Shown here: in pieces, positions 8,397-18,345 of the stretch
Numbering within the stretch: the first letter of the stretch is position 1
How the letters are laid out: each line of letters starts with the position of its first letter
DNA from: an uncultured Alphaproteobacteria bacterium
Lineage (GTDB): Bacteria; Pseudomonadota; Alphaproteobacteria; Rhizobiales; Xanthobacteraceae
Direction: 5' to 3'
DNA length: 64,000 bases
Assembly (NCBI GenBank): GCA_963818155.1
Contig: CAWFRC010000001.1
Location: 7,730-71,729, forward strand
The notes under the pieces: model-generated
Told to the model about the DNA's origin: nothing
Databases searched by the model: none
The model's input: only the letters and a program-made list of their open reading frames with translations
Program-made: the position numbers and the translations under genes

Positions 8397-9652
8397 CTGC
8401 CTTCTGCCGCGATTGCCTTGCGGATGCGTACGCGCAAGCGACGCGCTGCGGGCCGTGCGGCTCGCCGCGCATCGTCGGTCACGATGAACTCGCCAAGCTC
8501 TCGATCGCCCACATCGACTGCGACGCGTTCTACGCCACAATCGAAAAGCGCGACGACCCGTCACTTGCTGCTGAGCCAGTGATTGTCGGCGGCGGCCGGC
8601 GCGGCGTCGTCGCCGCCGCCTGCTATGTGGCGCGCACCTACGGCGTGCGCTCGGCCATGCCGATGTTCGAAGCGCTGCGGCTGTGCCCGCAGGCGCGCGT
8701 GGTGCGGCCGAACATCGAGAAATATGCGCGGGTCGGGCGCGAGGTGCGGCGGATGATGCTGCAGCTGACACCGGTGGTCGAGCCGTTGTCGATCGACGAA
8801 GCGTTTCTCGATCTTTCCGGCACCGTACGCTTGCACGGGCTTTCGCCCGCCAAGGTGCTGGCGCGCCTGGCGCTGGAGGTCGAGAAGAAGCTTTCGATCA
8901 CCGTCTCGATCGGGCTTTCCTGCAACAAGTTCCTCGCCAAGATCGCCTCCGACCTCGACAAGCCGCGTGGCTTCGCCGTGCTGAGTGCTGCCGAGGCGCC
9001 GGAGTTTCTCGCTCCCAAGCCGGTGAGCTTCATCTTCGGCATCGGCAAGGCGAGCGCGGCGCGGCTTGCGCGCGATGGCTTTGTCCGCATTGCCGATCTG
9101 CAAAAGGTGAGCGAACTTGAGATGATGCGGCGCTACGGCGAGGAAGGCCGCCGGCTGGCACGGCTGGCCCGCGGCATCGATGCCCGCAAGGTCAGCGCCG
9201 ATCGCGAGACCAAGAGCGTGTCGTCGGAAACGACTTTCGATCGCGATATCGCCGATTTCCGCGCGCTGGAACGCATCCTCTGGGCGCAGACCGAAGAGGT
9301 CTCGGCGCGGCTGAAGGACAAGGCGCTCGCCGGCGCCACGGTGACGTTGAAACTGAAAACCGCGGACTTTCGCATCCGTACGCGGGCGCATTCATTTGCA
9401 TCGCCGACCCAACTCGCAGGCAAGATCTTTGCCGCCGCACGGGGTTTGCTCGAGCGCGAGGCCGACGGTACCAAATACCGGCTGCTCGGCGTGGGTTTGA
9501 GCGCACTCACCACCGCCGAGCACGCCGATCCGGCGGATTTCGTGGGCGGCCGCGCTGCGGATGCCGAGCACGCGGTGGACCGCGTGCGCGCGCGTTTCGG
9601 CGACGACGCGGTGGTCAGGGGTTTGGCGTACGAGCGGCCGGAGAAGCGCTGA
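8375..9652 (+). CDS. dinB: DNA polymerase IV (Y-family) with N-terminal CxxC-x10-CxxC extension
   Basis: IAHIDCDAFYATIEKRDDP, SIDEAFLD and LSCNKFLAKIASD motifs. An alternative GTG start at 8393 overlaps the upstream stop (GTGA). Confidence 0.9.
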   Translation: MGAGFAVTAFCRDCLADAYAQATRCGPCGSPRIVGHDELAKLSIAHIDCDAFYATIEKRDDPSLAAEPVIVGGGRRGVVAAACYVARTYGVRSAMPMFEALRLCPQARVVRPNIEKYARVGREVRRMMLQLTPVVEPLSIDEAFLDLSGTVRLHGLSPAKVLARLALEVEKKLSITVSIGLSCNKFLAKIASDLDKPRGFAVLSAAEAPEFLAPKPVSFIFGIGKASAARLARDGFVRIADLQKVSELEMMRRYGEEGRRLARLARGIDARKVSADRETKSVSSETTFDRDIADFRALERILWAQTEEVSARLKDKALAGATVTLKLKTADFRIRTRAHSFASPTQLAGKIFAAARGLLEREADGTKYRLLGVGLSALTTAEHADPADFVGGRAADAEHAVDRVRARFGDDAVVRGLAYERPEKR

Positions 9653-9670
9653 GGCGTTTGCCTCATCATG

Positions 9671-10535
9671 CTAATGGCACGGCTTCGGCTCCTTGATCTC
9701 CAGCGACGAGAGCTTGCCGGTGACGGCGAAGTCGTTGTAGTCGAGCGACAGCGCGCGCGAGATCCCATTTTCATAAAGCTCGAAGCCGATGGCGTATACC
9801 GGGGTCTGCTCGCTGTTCTTCTGCGCCTTGGCCTTTTCGAAATAGCTGATGGTCACCGGCCAGCGGCCAATGCCGGCCAGTTTCGGTTCGTCCGCCGCCG
9901 CATCGTCATGCTTGCGTTCGTCCGGCGCGAGTTTGCGCCCAATCACGGTGAGCGTGTTGTAGACTTTCTCGCCGGTGTCGGACCCGTCATAGACCGGAAA
10001 GTCGAGAATGGGTTTGCCCGCGCGCGCCGCTTCGATCACCCGCACCATATGTTCGGTCGGAAACACCACCGCGGCGTCGATATCGAGCACCTTGTGGTCG
10101 GGCTTGACGAGATCGATGGCGGTGGCGCCGGCGCCGTGCTCGGCGCGCCCGTCGACCGTGTCGACGAGGTTCTGGTCGAGGAAATTCTCCGAGGTGAACT
10201 TGAAGCGCTTGGCGTCGCCGCCTTCCCAGGTGGTCGAGCGCAGGTCGCTGGTCGATACCTTGCCCTCGCCTGAGTTCGAGCTCCGAGACCTGGCGGAATT
10301 TCAGCGTATAGCCCTCGCAGGCATTGCCGTCGAAATCGTAGAGGATGCGACCGCGCACCGAGGCGACCTGCGCCGCATCACGCGCCCGGCTGAGCGCGAG
10401 CTCGTAGACCGCGCGGTGGGGGACGAGCATCACGGGAGCTTCGTCCGCCGCTTGCGCGGCGAAAGGTGTGCCGGCGAACGTAAGCGTCAATGCGAGGAAA
10501 GCGCCAGGGCAGACGGAAGAGTACAATACGGTCAT
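9671..10535 (-). pseudogene. DUF1849 (EipB-like) periplasmic protein, interrupted by one frameshift near 10270-10290
   Basis: Signal peptide plus ...CEGYTLKFRQVSEL in ORF 9987..10535. The sequence continues as SGEGKVSTSDLRSTTWEGGDAKRFKF...VLDIDAAVVF in the frame of ORF 9671..10090 (my translation). Confidence 0.7.
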
Positions 10536-10677
10536 CAGACTCGCTCGATCTGGTCTCGTTCGAAGGTGTTCCCGGCGGACTTGATTACGAAAATCTTACG
10601 CGATTTTGTCGTCCGGATGGCAGGAAGGATAGGCGGCGCGCACCGTTGCCGCAACACCGGCCGCCGCCGATCCTGGT

Positions 10678-10721
10678 ATTCTCTCCCTTGCATGGGGCCT
10701 TTCTCTCCCTTGCATGGGGCC
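10678..10721. repeat. Tandem duplication of a 22-nt unit ((a/t)ttctctcccttgcatggggcc), 21/22 identical
   Basis: Read directly. Lies 50-95 nt upstream of the RidA start in the divergent intergenic region. Confidence 0.8.
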
Positions 10722-10772
10722 TTGCGATCGGCCAAGAAGACTACGATTTTGCAGCGCATTTGGAGAGCGGAT

Positions 10773-11237
10773 ATGGCCGGTATGGTGGAAAAAAAGTTGC
10801 AAGAACTTGGCGTCGTTGTGCCGGAACCGACCACGCCATCGGCCAATTATGTGCCGTTCGTACGGACCGGTAACCTGCTGATGGTATCGGGTCAGATTTG
10901 CTACGAAGCCGGCAAGCTTGTCGCGGTCGGCAAACTCGGCGCTGGCGTGTCGCTCGAGGAGGGCCAGCGGGCCGCACGCGCATGCGCGATCAACGTGCTG
11001 TCACAGGTCAAAGCCGCGCTCGGCGATCTCGACAAAGTCGTACGCGTCGTCCGGCTCGGCGGCTTTGTCAATTCGGCGCCGACTTTCCTCGAAGGACCGA
11101 AGGTGATGAACGGCGCCTCGGATCTGATGGTCGCCGCCTTCGGCGACAAAGGTAAGCATGCGCGCACCACGGTCGGCGTCGCGGTTCTTCCGTCGGATGC
11201 CGCCATGGAGGTCGAGGCGCTGTTTGAAGTCTCTTAG
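10773..11237 (+). CDS. RidA/YjgF family protein
   Basis: ATG at 10773 preceded by GGAGAG. The 154-aa C-terminal part of track ORF 10008..11237 (VRTGNLLMVSGQ...ARTTVGVAVLP) is typical RidA. Confidence 0.85.
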   Translation: MAGMVEKKLQELGVVVPEPTTPSANYVPFVRTGNLLMVSGQICYEAGKLVAVGKLGAGVSLEEGQRAARACAINVLSQVKAALGDLDKVVRVVRLGGFVNSAPTFLEGPKVMNGASDLMVAAFGDKGKHARTTVGVAVLPSDAAMEVEALFEVS

Positions 11238-11270
11238 ATCGCTAGAGCCGGCCGGCGTGTTGTAAGTCTT

Positions 11271-12074
11271 ATGCGAAGGCATGATCTGTTCGGAGGGCCG
11301 CTGACAACGCCGGATCATGTTCAAGCCATTTTGCGCGATTGGCTCATCGCGCAACCTTTTGCTCATCGCGGACTGCACGACGCCAAGAGCGGCATCATCG
11401 AGAATTCCGCCGGCGCCGTGCACGCGGCGCTGGCTGCCGGCTATGGGATCGAGATCGACGTTCAGATCAGCGCCGACGGCGAGGCCATGGTGCACCATGA
11501 TCCCGAGCTTGGGCGCATCACCGACGGGACCGGCCGGCTCGACCAAATGACCGCGGCGGCGCTCAGGCGCGTCGCCTTCCGCGGAACCGACGAACGCATG
11601 ATCACGCTGGGCCAGCTCTGCGACATCGTTGCGGGACGCGTGCCGCTGCTCATCGAAATGAAAAGCCGGTTCGACGCCGACCAGCGGCTTCCGCTGCGCG
11701 TGGCGGCGGTGTTGGCCGGCTATCGCGGACCCGCGGCCCCGATGTCGTTCGATGCGGCGCAGCTCGCGCTGCTGCGGCAAAAGGCCCCTCACCTGCCGCG
11801 CGGCATTGTCGCGGCCAAGTACCGTCGGCATCCCTACTGGGATCAAATGCGGCCGTTATGGCGTTATGGCATGGGCTTCTTGCTTCCCGCGCTCTTGACC
11901 GGCAGCCCGCATTTCGTCGCTTATGCCGCCGATGATTTACCGGCGCTCGCGCCCGCCTTCGCCCGGCACGTTTTGTGCCTCCCTGTCGTGACCTGGGTGG
12001 TGCGCAATGAGGCCGAGCGGCAGCGCGTGAGGAGCTTCGCCGGCCAGATCATTTTCGAAGGCTTTCGGGCATGA
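11271..12074 (+). CDS. Glycerophosphodiester phosphodiesterase family protein
   Basis: AHRGL...ENS..A...A...GYGIEIDVQ...DGE.MVHHD motif series. Confidence 0.85.
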   Translation: MRRHDLFGGPLTTPDHVQAILRDWLIAQPFAHRGLHDAKSGIIENSAGAVHAALAAGYGIEIDVQISADGEAMVHHDPELGRITDGTGRLDQMTAAALRRVAFRGTDERMITLGQLCDIVAGRVPLLIEMKSRFDADQRLPLRVAAVLAGYRGPAAPMSFDAAQLALLRQKAPHLPRGIVAAKYRRHPYWDQMRPLWRYGMGFLLPALLTGSPHFVAYAADDLPALAPAFARHVLCLPVVTWVVRNEAERQRVRSFAGQIIFEGFRA

Positions 12075-13363
12075 ACGCTTCCAAATCCGCTGGCGAGGAC
12101 GATGCCGCGGCGGGTGCCAAAGACCCCGAGCGCGGCGCGCCGCCGGCTGGCGGCGGCCTTCGGATCGTTGCCATCAACGCGATCAGGGAGGTGCCCGCCG
12201 CGGCCTGGGACGCGTGCGCCAACCCGGCTGGGAAGAAGGGTTGCGGCGCAGTTCAGTTATCGGCTCAGGAGATGCCAGATAACCCCTTCCTGTCTCATGG
12301 ATTTCTTGCTGCTCTCGAAAGCTCGAAATCGGTGGGCAGCCGGACCGGCTGGCAGGTTCAGCACGTGCTGGTGCACGCCGCGGACGGAACGCTCATTGCT
12401 GCGGCGCCTTGCTACCTGAAAAGCCATTCGCAAGGCGAATACGTGTTCGACCACGGCTGGGCCGAGGCTTATGCCCACGCTGGCGGCAGCTATTATCCGA
12501 AACTGCAAGTAGCGGTGCCGTTCACGCCCGCGACCGGCCGCAGGCTTCTGGTGCGGCCCGGTCCGCATAGCGGCGATGCCCGCCAGGCGCTCCTGGGTGG
12601 GCTCATCGAGCTTTGTCGGATCGACAGCGCGTCGGGGGTGCACATCACCTTCGCGACCGAAGACGAATACCGCTTCCTCGGCGGCCTCGGCTTCCTGCAG
12701 CGCACCGACCAGCAATTTCACTGGGAGAATGCAGGCTACGGCAGCTTCGACGATTTCCTGGCCGCACTCGCCTCGCGCAAACGCAAGACCATCCGCCGCG
12801 AGCGCGAGGAAGCGCTCAAGAACGGCATCGAGGTGCATTGGCTCACCGGCAGCGATCTCACCGAAGAGGTGTGGGACCACTTTTTCGGCTTCTACATGGA
12901 GACCGGCTCGCGCAAGTGGGGCCGCCCGTACCTGACTCGCCCCTTCTTCTCGCAGATCGGCGAGACCATGCGCGACGACATCCTGCTGGTAATGGCCAAG
13001 CGTGCCGGACGCTGGATCGCGGGGGCCATCAACTTTATCGGATCGGATACGTTGTTCGGCCGTCATTGGGGGGCCGTCGAACACCATCCGTTCCTGCATT
13101 TTGAGCTGTGCTATTACCAGGCCATCGACTACGCCATCGCGCAAAAGCTTGCGCGCGTCGAAGCCGGCGCGCAGGGCGAGCATAAGATCGCCCGCGGCTA
13201 TATGCCGACTACAACCTACTCGGCGCACTACATCGCCGATCCGGCCTTGCGGCGCGGCATTGCCGATTATCTCAAACGCGAGCGCGCCTATGTGGCCGCG
13301 ATGGGTGATGAGCTGGCTGCTACCAGCCCCTATCGCCAAGATCCGCCTACGGAGGCCGATTGA
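12071..13363 (+). CDS. FemAB-like / GNAT-fold protein (DUF482 family)
   Basis: NPFLSHGFLAALESS...GW...HVLV and C-terminal HFELCYYQAIDYAI pattern. ATGA overlap with the upstream gene. Confidence 0.75.
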   Translation: MNASKSAGEDDAAAGAKDPERGAPPAGGGLRIVAINAIREVPAAAWDACANPAGKKGCGAVQLSAQEMPDNPFLSHGFLAALESSKSVGSRTGWQVQHVLVHAADGTLIAAAPCYLKSHSQGEYVFDHGWAEAYAHAGGSYYPKLQVAVPFTPATGRRLLVRPGPHSGDARQALLGGLIELCRIDSASGVHITFATEDEYRFLGGLGFLQRTDQQFHWENAGYGSFDDFLAALASRKRKTIRREREEALKNGIEVHWLTGSDLTEEVWDHFFGFYMETGSRKWGRPYLTRPFFSQIGETMRDDILLVMAKRAGRWIAGAINFIGSDTLFGRHWGAVEHHPFLHFELCYYQAIDYAIAQKLARVEAGAQGEHKIARGYMPTTTYSAHYIADPALRRGIADYLKRERAYVAAMGDELAATSPYRQDPPTEAD

Positions 13364-13469
13364 CCGCAGCGGCCCCGCGTTTCATACGACGATGAATTTT
13401 TTGCAGGCGACAGCCGCGGGCGCGCCGGAATAATGGAAGGCCTAGCCGGCAGGACCGACGGGAGGACGA

Positions 13470-13892
13470 ATGAGCTACGATCCGAACAATATCTTTGCCA
13501 AAATCCTGCGCGGTGAATTGCCGGCCTATAAGGTTTACGAGGACGACAAGACGTTCGCCTTTCTCGACATCATGCCGCGCGCGCCGGGACACACACTGGT
13601 GATTCCGAAGGCGTCGGCACGCACCATCCTCGACATTGAAACGGATGACCTCGCGGAGCTGATCAAGCGCGTGCAAAAAGTTGGGCGCGCGGCCGTGAAA
13701 GCATTCGCGGCCGACGGTCTCACCGTCCAGCAATTCAACGAGCCGGCCGGCGGTCAGGTCGTGTTCCACCTGCACGTCCACGTCATTCCGCGCAAAATCG
13801 GCGTGGCGCTCAAGCCTGCCGCAAGCTTCAAGGAGGAGCCGGCGGCGCTGGCCGACCATGCGCAGAAGATCGCGGCGGCACTCGGCAGCTAA
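13470..13892 (+). CDS. HIT family hydrolase
   Basis: NIFAKILRGELPAYKVYEDD...PGHTLVIPK and histidine triad HLHVHVIPR. Confidence 0.9.
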   Translation: MSYDPNNIFAKILRGELPAYKVYEDDKTFAFLDIMPRAPGHTLVIPKASARTILDIETDDLAELIKRVQKVGRAAVKAFAADGLTVQQFNEPAGGQVVFHLHVHVIPRKIGVALKPAASFKEEPAALADHAQKIAAALGS

Positions 13893-13949
13893 GACGCGGC
13901 CAGCCCCGCGCCAGCGCCGCCCGCAGTCCCTTTCGCAAACCTCTTTCGG

Positions 13950-15170
13950 CTAAAAGATGCCTTGCGGCTGCAGGCCGAGTTGCTGGCATCCATAAAGCGC
14001 CGAAAGCGTGTCCCAGTCGATACTGGAATGCAGCGCGGCCGTATTGGCATCGCGCCAGAACCGCTGAATGCGATTTTTCTCGTCGGCCGCCGCGGCGCCC
14101 GACTTGGCGTAGATTTCATTGACCACTTCGGATGACGTGCGCCCGGCAAAACCGTGGTTGCGACGTATCCGTACCCGCTGTTCGATATCGAGCGTGCCGC
14201 CGGACCGCACGATATCCTGCCCTTCGCGCAGGCTCGTGAGCATCAGCGTGCGCGCGGCATCGATGCGGGCTGCTGCCTGCCCGATCAGGCTCTGGATGAG
14301 CTGCGATTCCGCGACCTTCTCGAATACGCCAGGTCGCGCCATGCGCTTTGCGTTGCGCGCCGTCTCGGTGAAGGAATCGAGCGCGCCCTGCGCCATCCCG
14401 ACAATCGGCGCAACAAGGGCTGTTGGCCCAAAGGTCGGATAGCCGAAACGCGCTTGCGCATTGCCCGGCACATCGAGGCCGGGCACCTTGCCGGAAAAGA
14501 TCGCGCCGATCGGCAGAAACCGGTGCGACGGGACGAACACGGGCTCGCTGATCGCGACCGTCTTCGAACCAGTGCCCTGCAATCCGCTGACGTTCCAGCT
14601 GTCGTGATCGACAATCACGTCGCTGACGGGAACGAGACACCAGGCCAGCGTCGGCGGTCCGTCTTTTCCGGGAATCAAAACAGATAAGATCAGCCAGGCG
14701 GCGCTGTCGACGCCGCTCGCCCAGGGCCAACTTCCGGCGATTTTGATGCCGCCGTCGACCACCTCGACCTTTGGACTTGGCGTATAGGAAACGGCGAGCA
14801 GATTGTCGGGGTCGTGCCAGACTTCCTGTTGGGCTTCGAGCGGAAAGAACGACGTCATCCAGCCGAAGCACACCGCCAACGTGCCACACCAGCCGGTGCT
14901 GCCGCAGGCCCGGCCAAGCTCGAAGCCGATTTCCGCAAGCTCCGCCGGGCCATATTCGTAGCCGCCGAAACGCGCCGGCTGCATGGCGCGGAAGACTGCC
15001 GTCTCGCGTAAAGCCTCCATTGTCTCGGCGGGAACGCGCCGGGCCTTTTCCGCCGCGAGCGCCCGCGATTCGATTTGCGGGCGCAAGCTGCGCACGCGCG
15101 CAAGAATATGGGCGAAGTCCGGCCGGACCGCCGCCGCTGGAGCATGAACGCGCATTGCTTCCGGATGCAT
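13950..15170 (-). CDS. Acyl-CoA dehydrogenase-fold flavin-dependent monooxygenase (group D-like)
   Basis: 406 aa. N-terminal pattern (AAEKARRVPAETMEALRETAVFRAMQPARFGGYE) and length are typical of HpaB-C2/SfnB/DszC-like oxygenases. Confidence 0.7.
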   Translation of the reverse strand: MHPEAMRVHAPAAAVRPDFAHILARVRSLRPQIESRALAAEKARRVPAETMEALRETAVFRAMQPARFGGYEYGPAELAEIGFELGRACGSTGWCGTLAVCFGWMTSFFPLEAQQEVWHDPDNLLAVSYTPSPKVEVVDGGIKIAGSWPWASGVDSAAWLILSVLIPGKDGPPTLAWCLVPVSDVIVDHDSWNVSGLQGTGSKTVAISEPVFVPSHRFLPIGAIFSGKVPGLDVPGNAQARFGYPTFGPTALVAPIVGMAQGALDSFTETARNAKRMARPGVFEKVAESQLIQSLIGQAAARIDAARTLMLTSLREGQDIVRSGGTLDIEQRVRIRRNHGFAGRTSSEVVNEIYAKSGAAAADEKNRIQRFWRDANTAALHSSIDWDTLSALYGCQQLGLQPQGIF

Positions 15171-15599
15171 GTTCTTATCCTCCCGATGTTCGTCGCCCGC
15201 GCCGTCGCAAGCTGCACGCGAGGCGAGCCGACTGCCGCATGGGCGCCAAGGCGGCCTTCGGCTGCTATTACCTCAAGGCTACGCCGAATTTCCAAAAAAG
15301 TCAATTTATGGAAAATAGCCGACTGCCGCGCTCTGCATGAAGGCGCGCGGTACCCAAAGGTAATCCGAGACGGCACTGGCTGGAAATCGGGCGCGACGCT
15401 CGCGTGATCCACGGCGGCAAATCGGAGTGCAGCGGCGGCGCAGCGCCACTACCTACGGCAAGCGGCAGCATCCAAAGAATTGCCGGGCGGAGCCGCAACC
15501 TGCTCTGTCACCGACAGCACGGGTCTCTTGCCAACCCGAGGCCGTCAGTCGGATCCCCAATTGGAGCTTGGCGGAAGGCGGCTCTACAGCGCGTGACGC

Positions 15600-16305
15600 T
15601 TAACGACCGCGCGCGACTCGTTCGATCTCCGCCCGCACCAGGCGCTCGACCATGCCCGGGAGGTTATCGTCCAGCCAGGATTTGAGCATGGGGCGGAGCA
15701 TCTCGCGCACCAGATCCTCGAGAGTGCGCGCATTCTGCACCAACACCGTCTGGGCGAGCGCGTTGAAGGCCGAATCGACCGCAGCGCTGGTCTCGCGCGA
15801 CAGCAAGACGTTCTCTGCTTCCGAACGTACGGCCGTCGCAGCTTCGTTTCGCGCCGGCGCATGCCTGTATTCAGGCTTGGGCTCGGTTTCATCGAAAGCC
15901 ACGTCGGAGAACGCTTCGATCTTGCGGAATTGCGGCGCCTCGCTCGGCGCCGGACCGGATGAAGCGACTTGCGGATGAACTCGGCGCCGGCGGCGTCGGC
16001 TCGAAAGCCGGTGCTGTCATGGATTCGGTAAGGTCGAGAATGTCGGAGCTTTCTTCTTCCTCCGCCGGCTCATCGAATGCCGAGGGAGCCACGGGCTCCG
16101 CCGGCTCGGCGCTCGCATGCACGGAGGCCGGAATGGCTTCGGGCATGATGCGCGGCGGCGGAGACGGTATGGGCCGCACCGCCGGCTTCGGTACCTCAGC
16201 CGGACGTGGCGCCGACTTGCTGGCATCATCATCGGCGATGATGCGGCGAATGGAGGCCAGAATTTCCTCCATCGATGGTTCTTGTGATTTTGCCGGCTGC
16301 GTCAT
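15600..16305 (-). pseudogene. popZ: PopZ-like polar organizer (DUF2497), interrupted by one frameshift within 15892-16016
   Basis: N-terminus QEPSMEEILASIRRIIADDD plus acidic/Pro-rich linker is in ORF 15889..16305. Conserved C-terminus RTLEDLVREMLRPMLKSWLDDNLPGMVERLVRAEIERV is in ORF 15600..15902. Confidence 0.75.
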
Positions 16306-16610
16306 GCGCGCATTCCCGCCTTAGAGCACGAAATCGGACCACCTCGCCCGCGGATTCGATCCGAAGGCCGGGATCGGTGTTCCGAAATTACGGTGCCCCC
16401 ACCAAAATTCGGTTGCCAACCCAGTTGCCAAAACGCGCTGCTTCGTGTTTCCCCGCGACCATCACGGCCGCTCGTCACAGGTCAACGAGTCACCGCGAAT
16501 CATCGAAGCAACTATGTAACGTTTGACTCAAGTATGTCATGGCGAAAGTCGATGGCAACCGAATCCATAACCAACATTCGTCGCGGAGGTTTGCAGGCGT
16601 GGCTGCAGAC

Positions 16611-18017
16611 CTATCGGCCGTCCGGATTGCGTACACCCACCCAAGCGTCACGCACCTGTTGGTAATGCACCATCGGATCGTAGATCTGGACGTTGAGGCC
16701 AAGCCTCTGCATTGACAATGCACCCACCGCCGCCAGCAGCGTGTATGAGGCGACCACGCGGTCATGCTGAGCGGTGACGAGCGCCACGCGCGCATTCACC
16801 AACTCCTGTTGGGCATTAAGCACGTCGAGCGTCGTTCGCTGTCCGACCCGGGCTTCTTCGCGAACGCCGTTGAGCGCGATCTCGGCGGCGTTGACCTGCG
16901 CCGTGGTCGATTCGATCTGCGCCTTGGCGGCGTCGAGCTGTCCCCAGCTTTGCACCACGGTGGCCCGAGCCTGATCGCGGTTGACGTCAAGATTGAGCCG
17001 CTGCTGGCCGAGCGTCTCTTTCGATTGGCGAATCGCGGAATATTCTCCGCCGCCCTGATAAATCGGCACGGACAATTGCGCGACGGCCGAGAGCTGGGTC
17101 AGCTTGATCGTTTCGAAGGCCGGATTCTGCCCTTGAAGCACGCTCGCCGTCAGCGAGAGGTTCGGATAAAGCGCGCCTTCGCTGATCTTGACCGCAAGCT
17201 CCGCTACGTCGGCACCATAGGCCGCGGCAAGAACCGAAGGGCTTTGCGCCTGGCCCTGCGCGATCGCCTTCGCCAGCACGTTGGGTGACAGCCGGTCCAC
17301 AGGCGTTCCCGGCGCGAGATTGCCCGGCTCCACGCCGATCACGCGCCGATAATTGGCTCGCGACGTGACGTACTGCGACTGCGCGGCAAGCAGTTGCGAC
17401 CGACCGGCCGCGAGCCGCGATTCGGCCTGCGCCACGTCGGTACGCGTCACTTCGCCGACATTGAAGCGATCGCGCGTCTGCTTGAGTTGCTCGGTCAGAA
17501 CCTCGACGTTGCGCCGCTGCAGTTCAAGAACCGCTTGGTCGCGCAAAAGGTTCATGTAGGCCGTCGCGGCATCGAGCAGCACCTGCTGCTCGGTAACACG
17601 CAGCGTCTCGCGCGCCGCATCCACCTGGCTCTCGGCCTGGCGCGTGCGATTCGCGGTCTGAAAGCCGTTGAACAGCGTGTAGGTGCCGTTGGCGCCGACG
17701 GTGCGCGAGTAGAAGTTCTGTCCGAACTGGCTGTTCAGCAGCGCCCCAGCAAGCGGAACGATCGATGTCGCGTTCTGATAGTTATAGCCGCCGGTGGCAG
17801 TCAGGCTGAGCTTTGGGCGATAGCCCGACAAAGCCTGCGGGACGTTCTCATCGGTCGCGCGCAATGAGGCCCGTTGCGCATTGAGCGACGGATTATTTTG
17901 ATAAGCCTGCACTAAGGCCCATTCGAGCGTGTCGGCCCGGGCGCTGCCAAAGCCGGCAGCGGCCAAACAGATACTCACTAAGGCCAATACGAACGCCCGC
18001 ACCCCTCTGCCAGCCAT
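16611..18017 (-). CDS. tolC: TolC family outer-membrane channel
   Basis: 468 aa with signal peptide and two OEP repeats (LEWALVQAYQNNPSL...). pcm-tolC synteny. Confidence 0.9.
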   Translation of the reverse strand: MAGRGVRAFVLALVSICLAAAGFGSARADTLEWALVQAYQNNPSLNAQRASLRATDENVPQALSGYRPKLSLTATGGYNYQNATSIVPLAGALLNSQFGQNFYSRTVGANGTYTLFNGFQTANRTRQAESQVDAARETLRVTEQQVLLDAATAYMNLLRDQAVLELQRRNVEVLTEQLKQTRDRFNVGEVTRTDVAQAESRLAAGRSQLLAAQSQYVTSRANYRRVIGVEPGNLAPGTPVDRLSPNVLAKAIAQGQAQSPSVLAAAYGADVAELAVKISEGALYPNLSLTASVLQGQNPAFETIKLTQLSAVAQLSVPIYQGGGEYSAIRQSKETLGQQRLNLDVNRDQARATVVQSWGQLDAAKAQIESTTAQVNAAEIALNGVREEARVGQRTTLDVLNAQQELVNARVALVTAQHDRVVASYTLLAAVGALSMQRLGLNVQIYDPMVHYQQVRDAWVGVRNPDGR

Positions 18018-18345
18018 TAGACGACGCCGCCTGCCCCTCTCCGCCTTTCCGGCGGAATTCGTGCCCAGACAACCCTAGCGTCGCGGCCAACCCAAACCAT
18101 CGACGCTACGGTCAGAGATTAGGCGGCCAATCGGTGTGGTGAAACCCACTGACTGAAAATAATCGCAAATTTTCGGTTAATGGCACATAAGCGCCACAGG
18201 TCGTGACCACGTCACGGACGCTTCGGCCCGGAACGGGCCTAATTCCGCAGCAAAAAACGGATTGTGGCGGATGCGGTCGAAGCCGGCAAGGATGGCAACC
18301 GGCAGCGCCAAGGCCGACCGACTGCGCGGCCTTCTTTATATCGTT

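Noticed and set aside
10008-10772. N-terminal 255 aa of track ORF 10008..11237
   Set aside because: This part is antisense to the EipB-like gene and its signal peptide. Only the RidA part from ATG 10773, which has an RBS, is credible.
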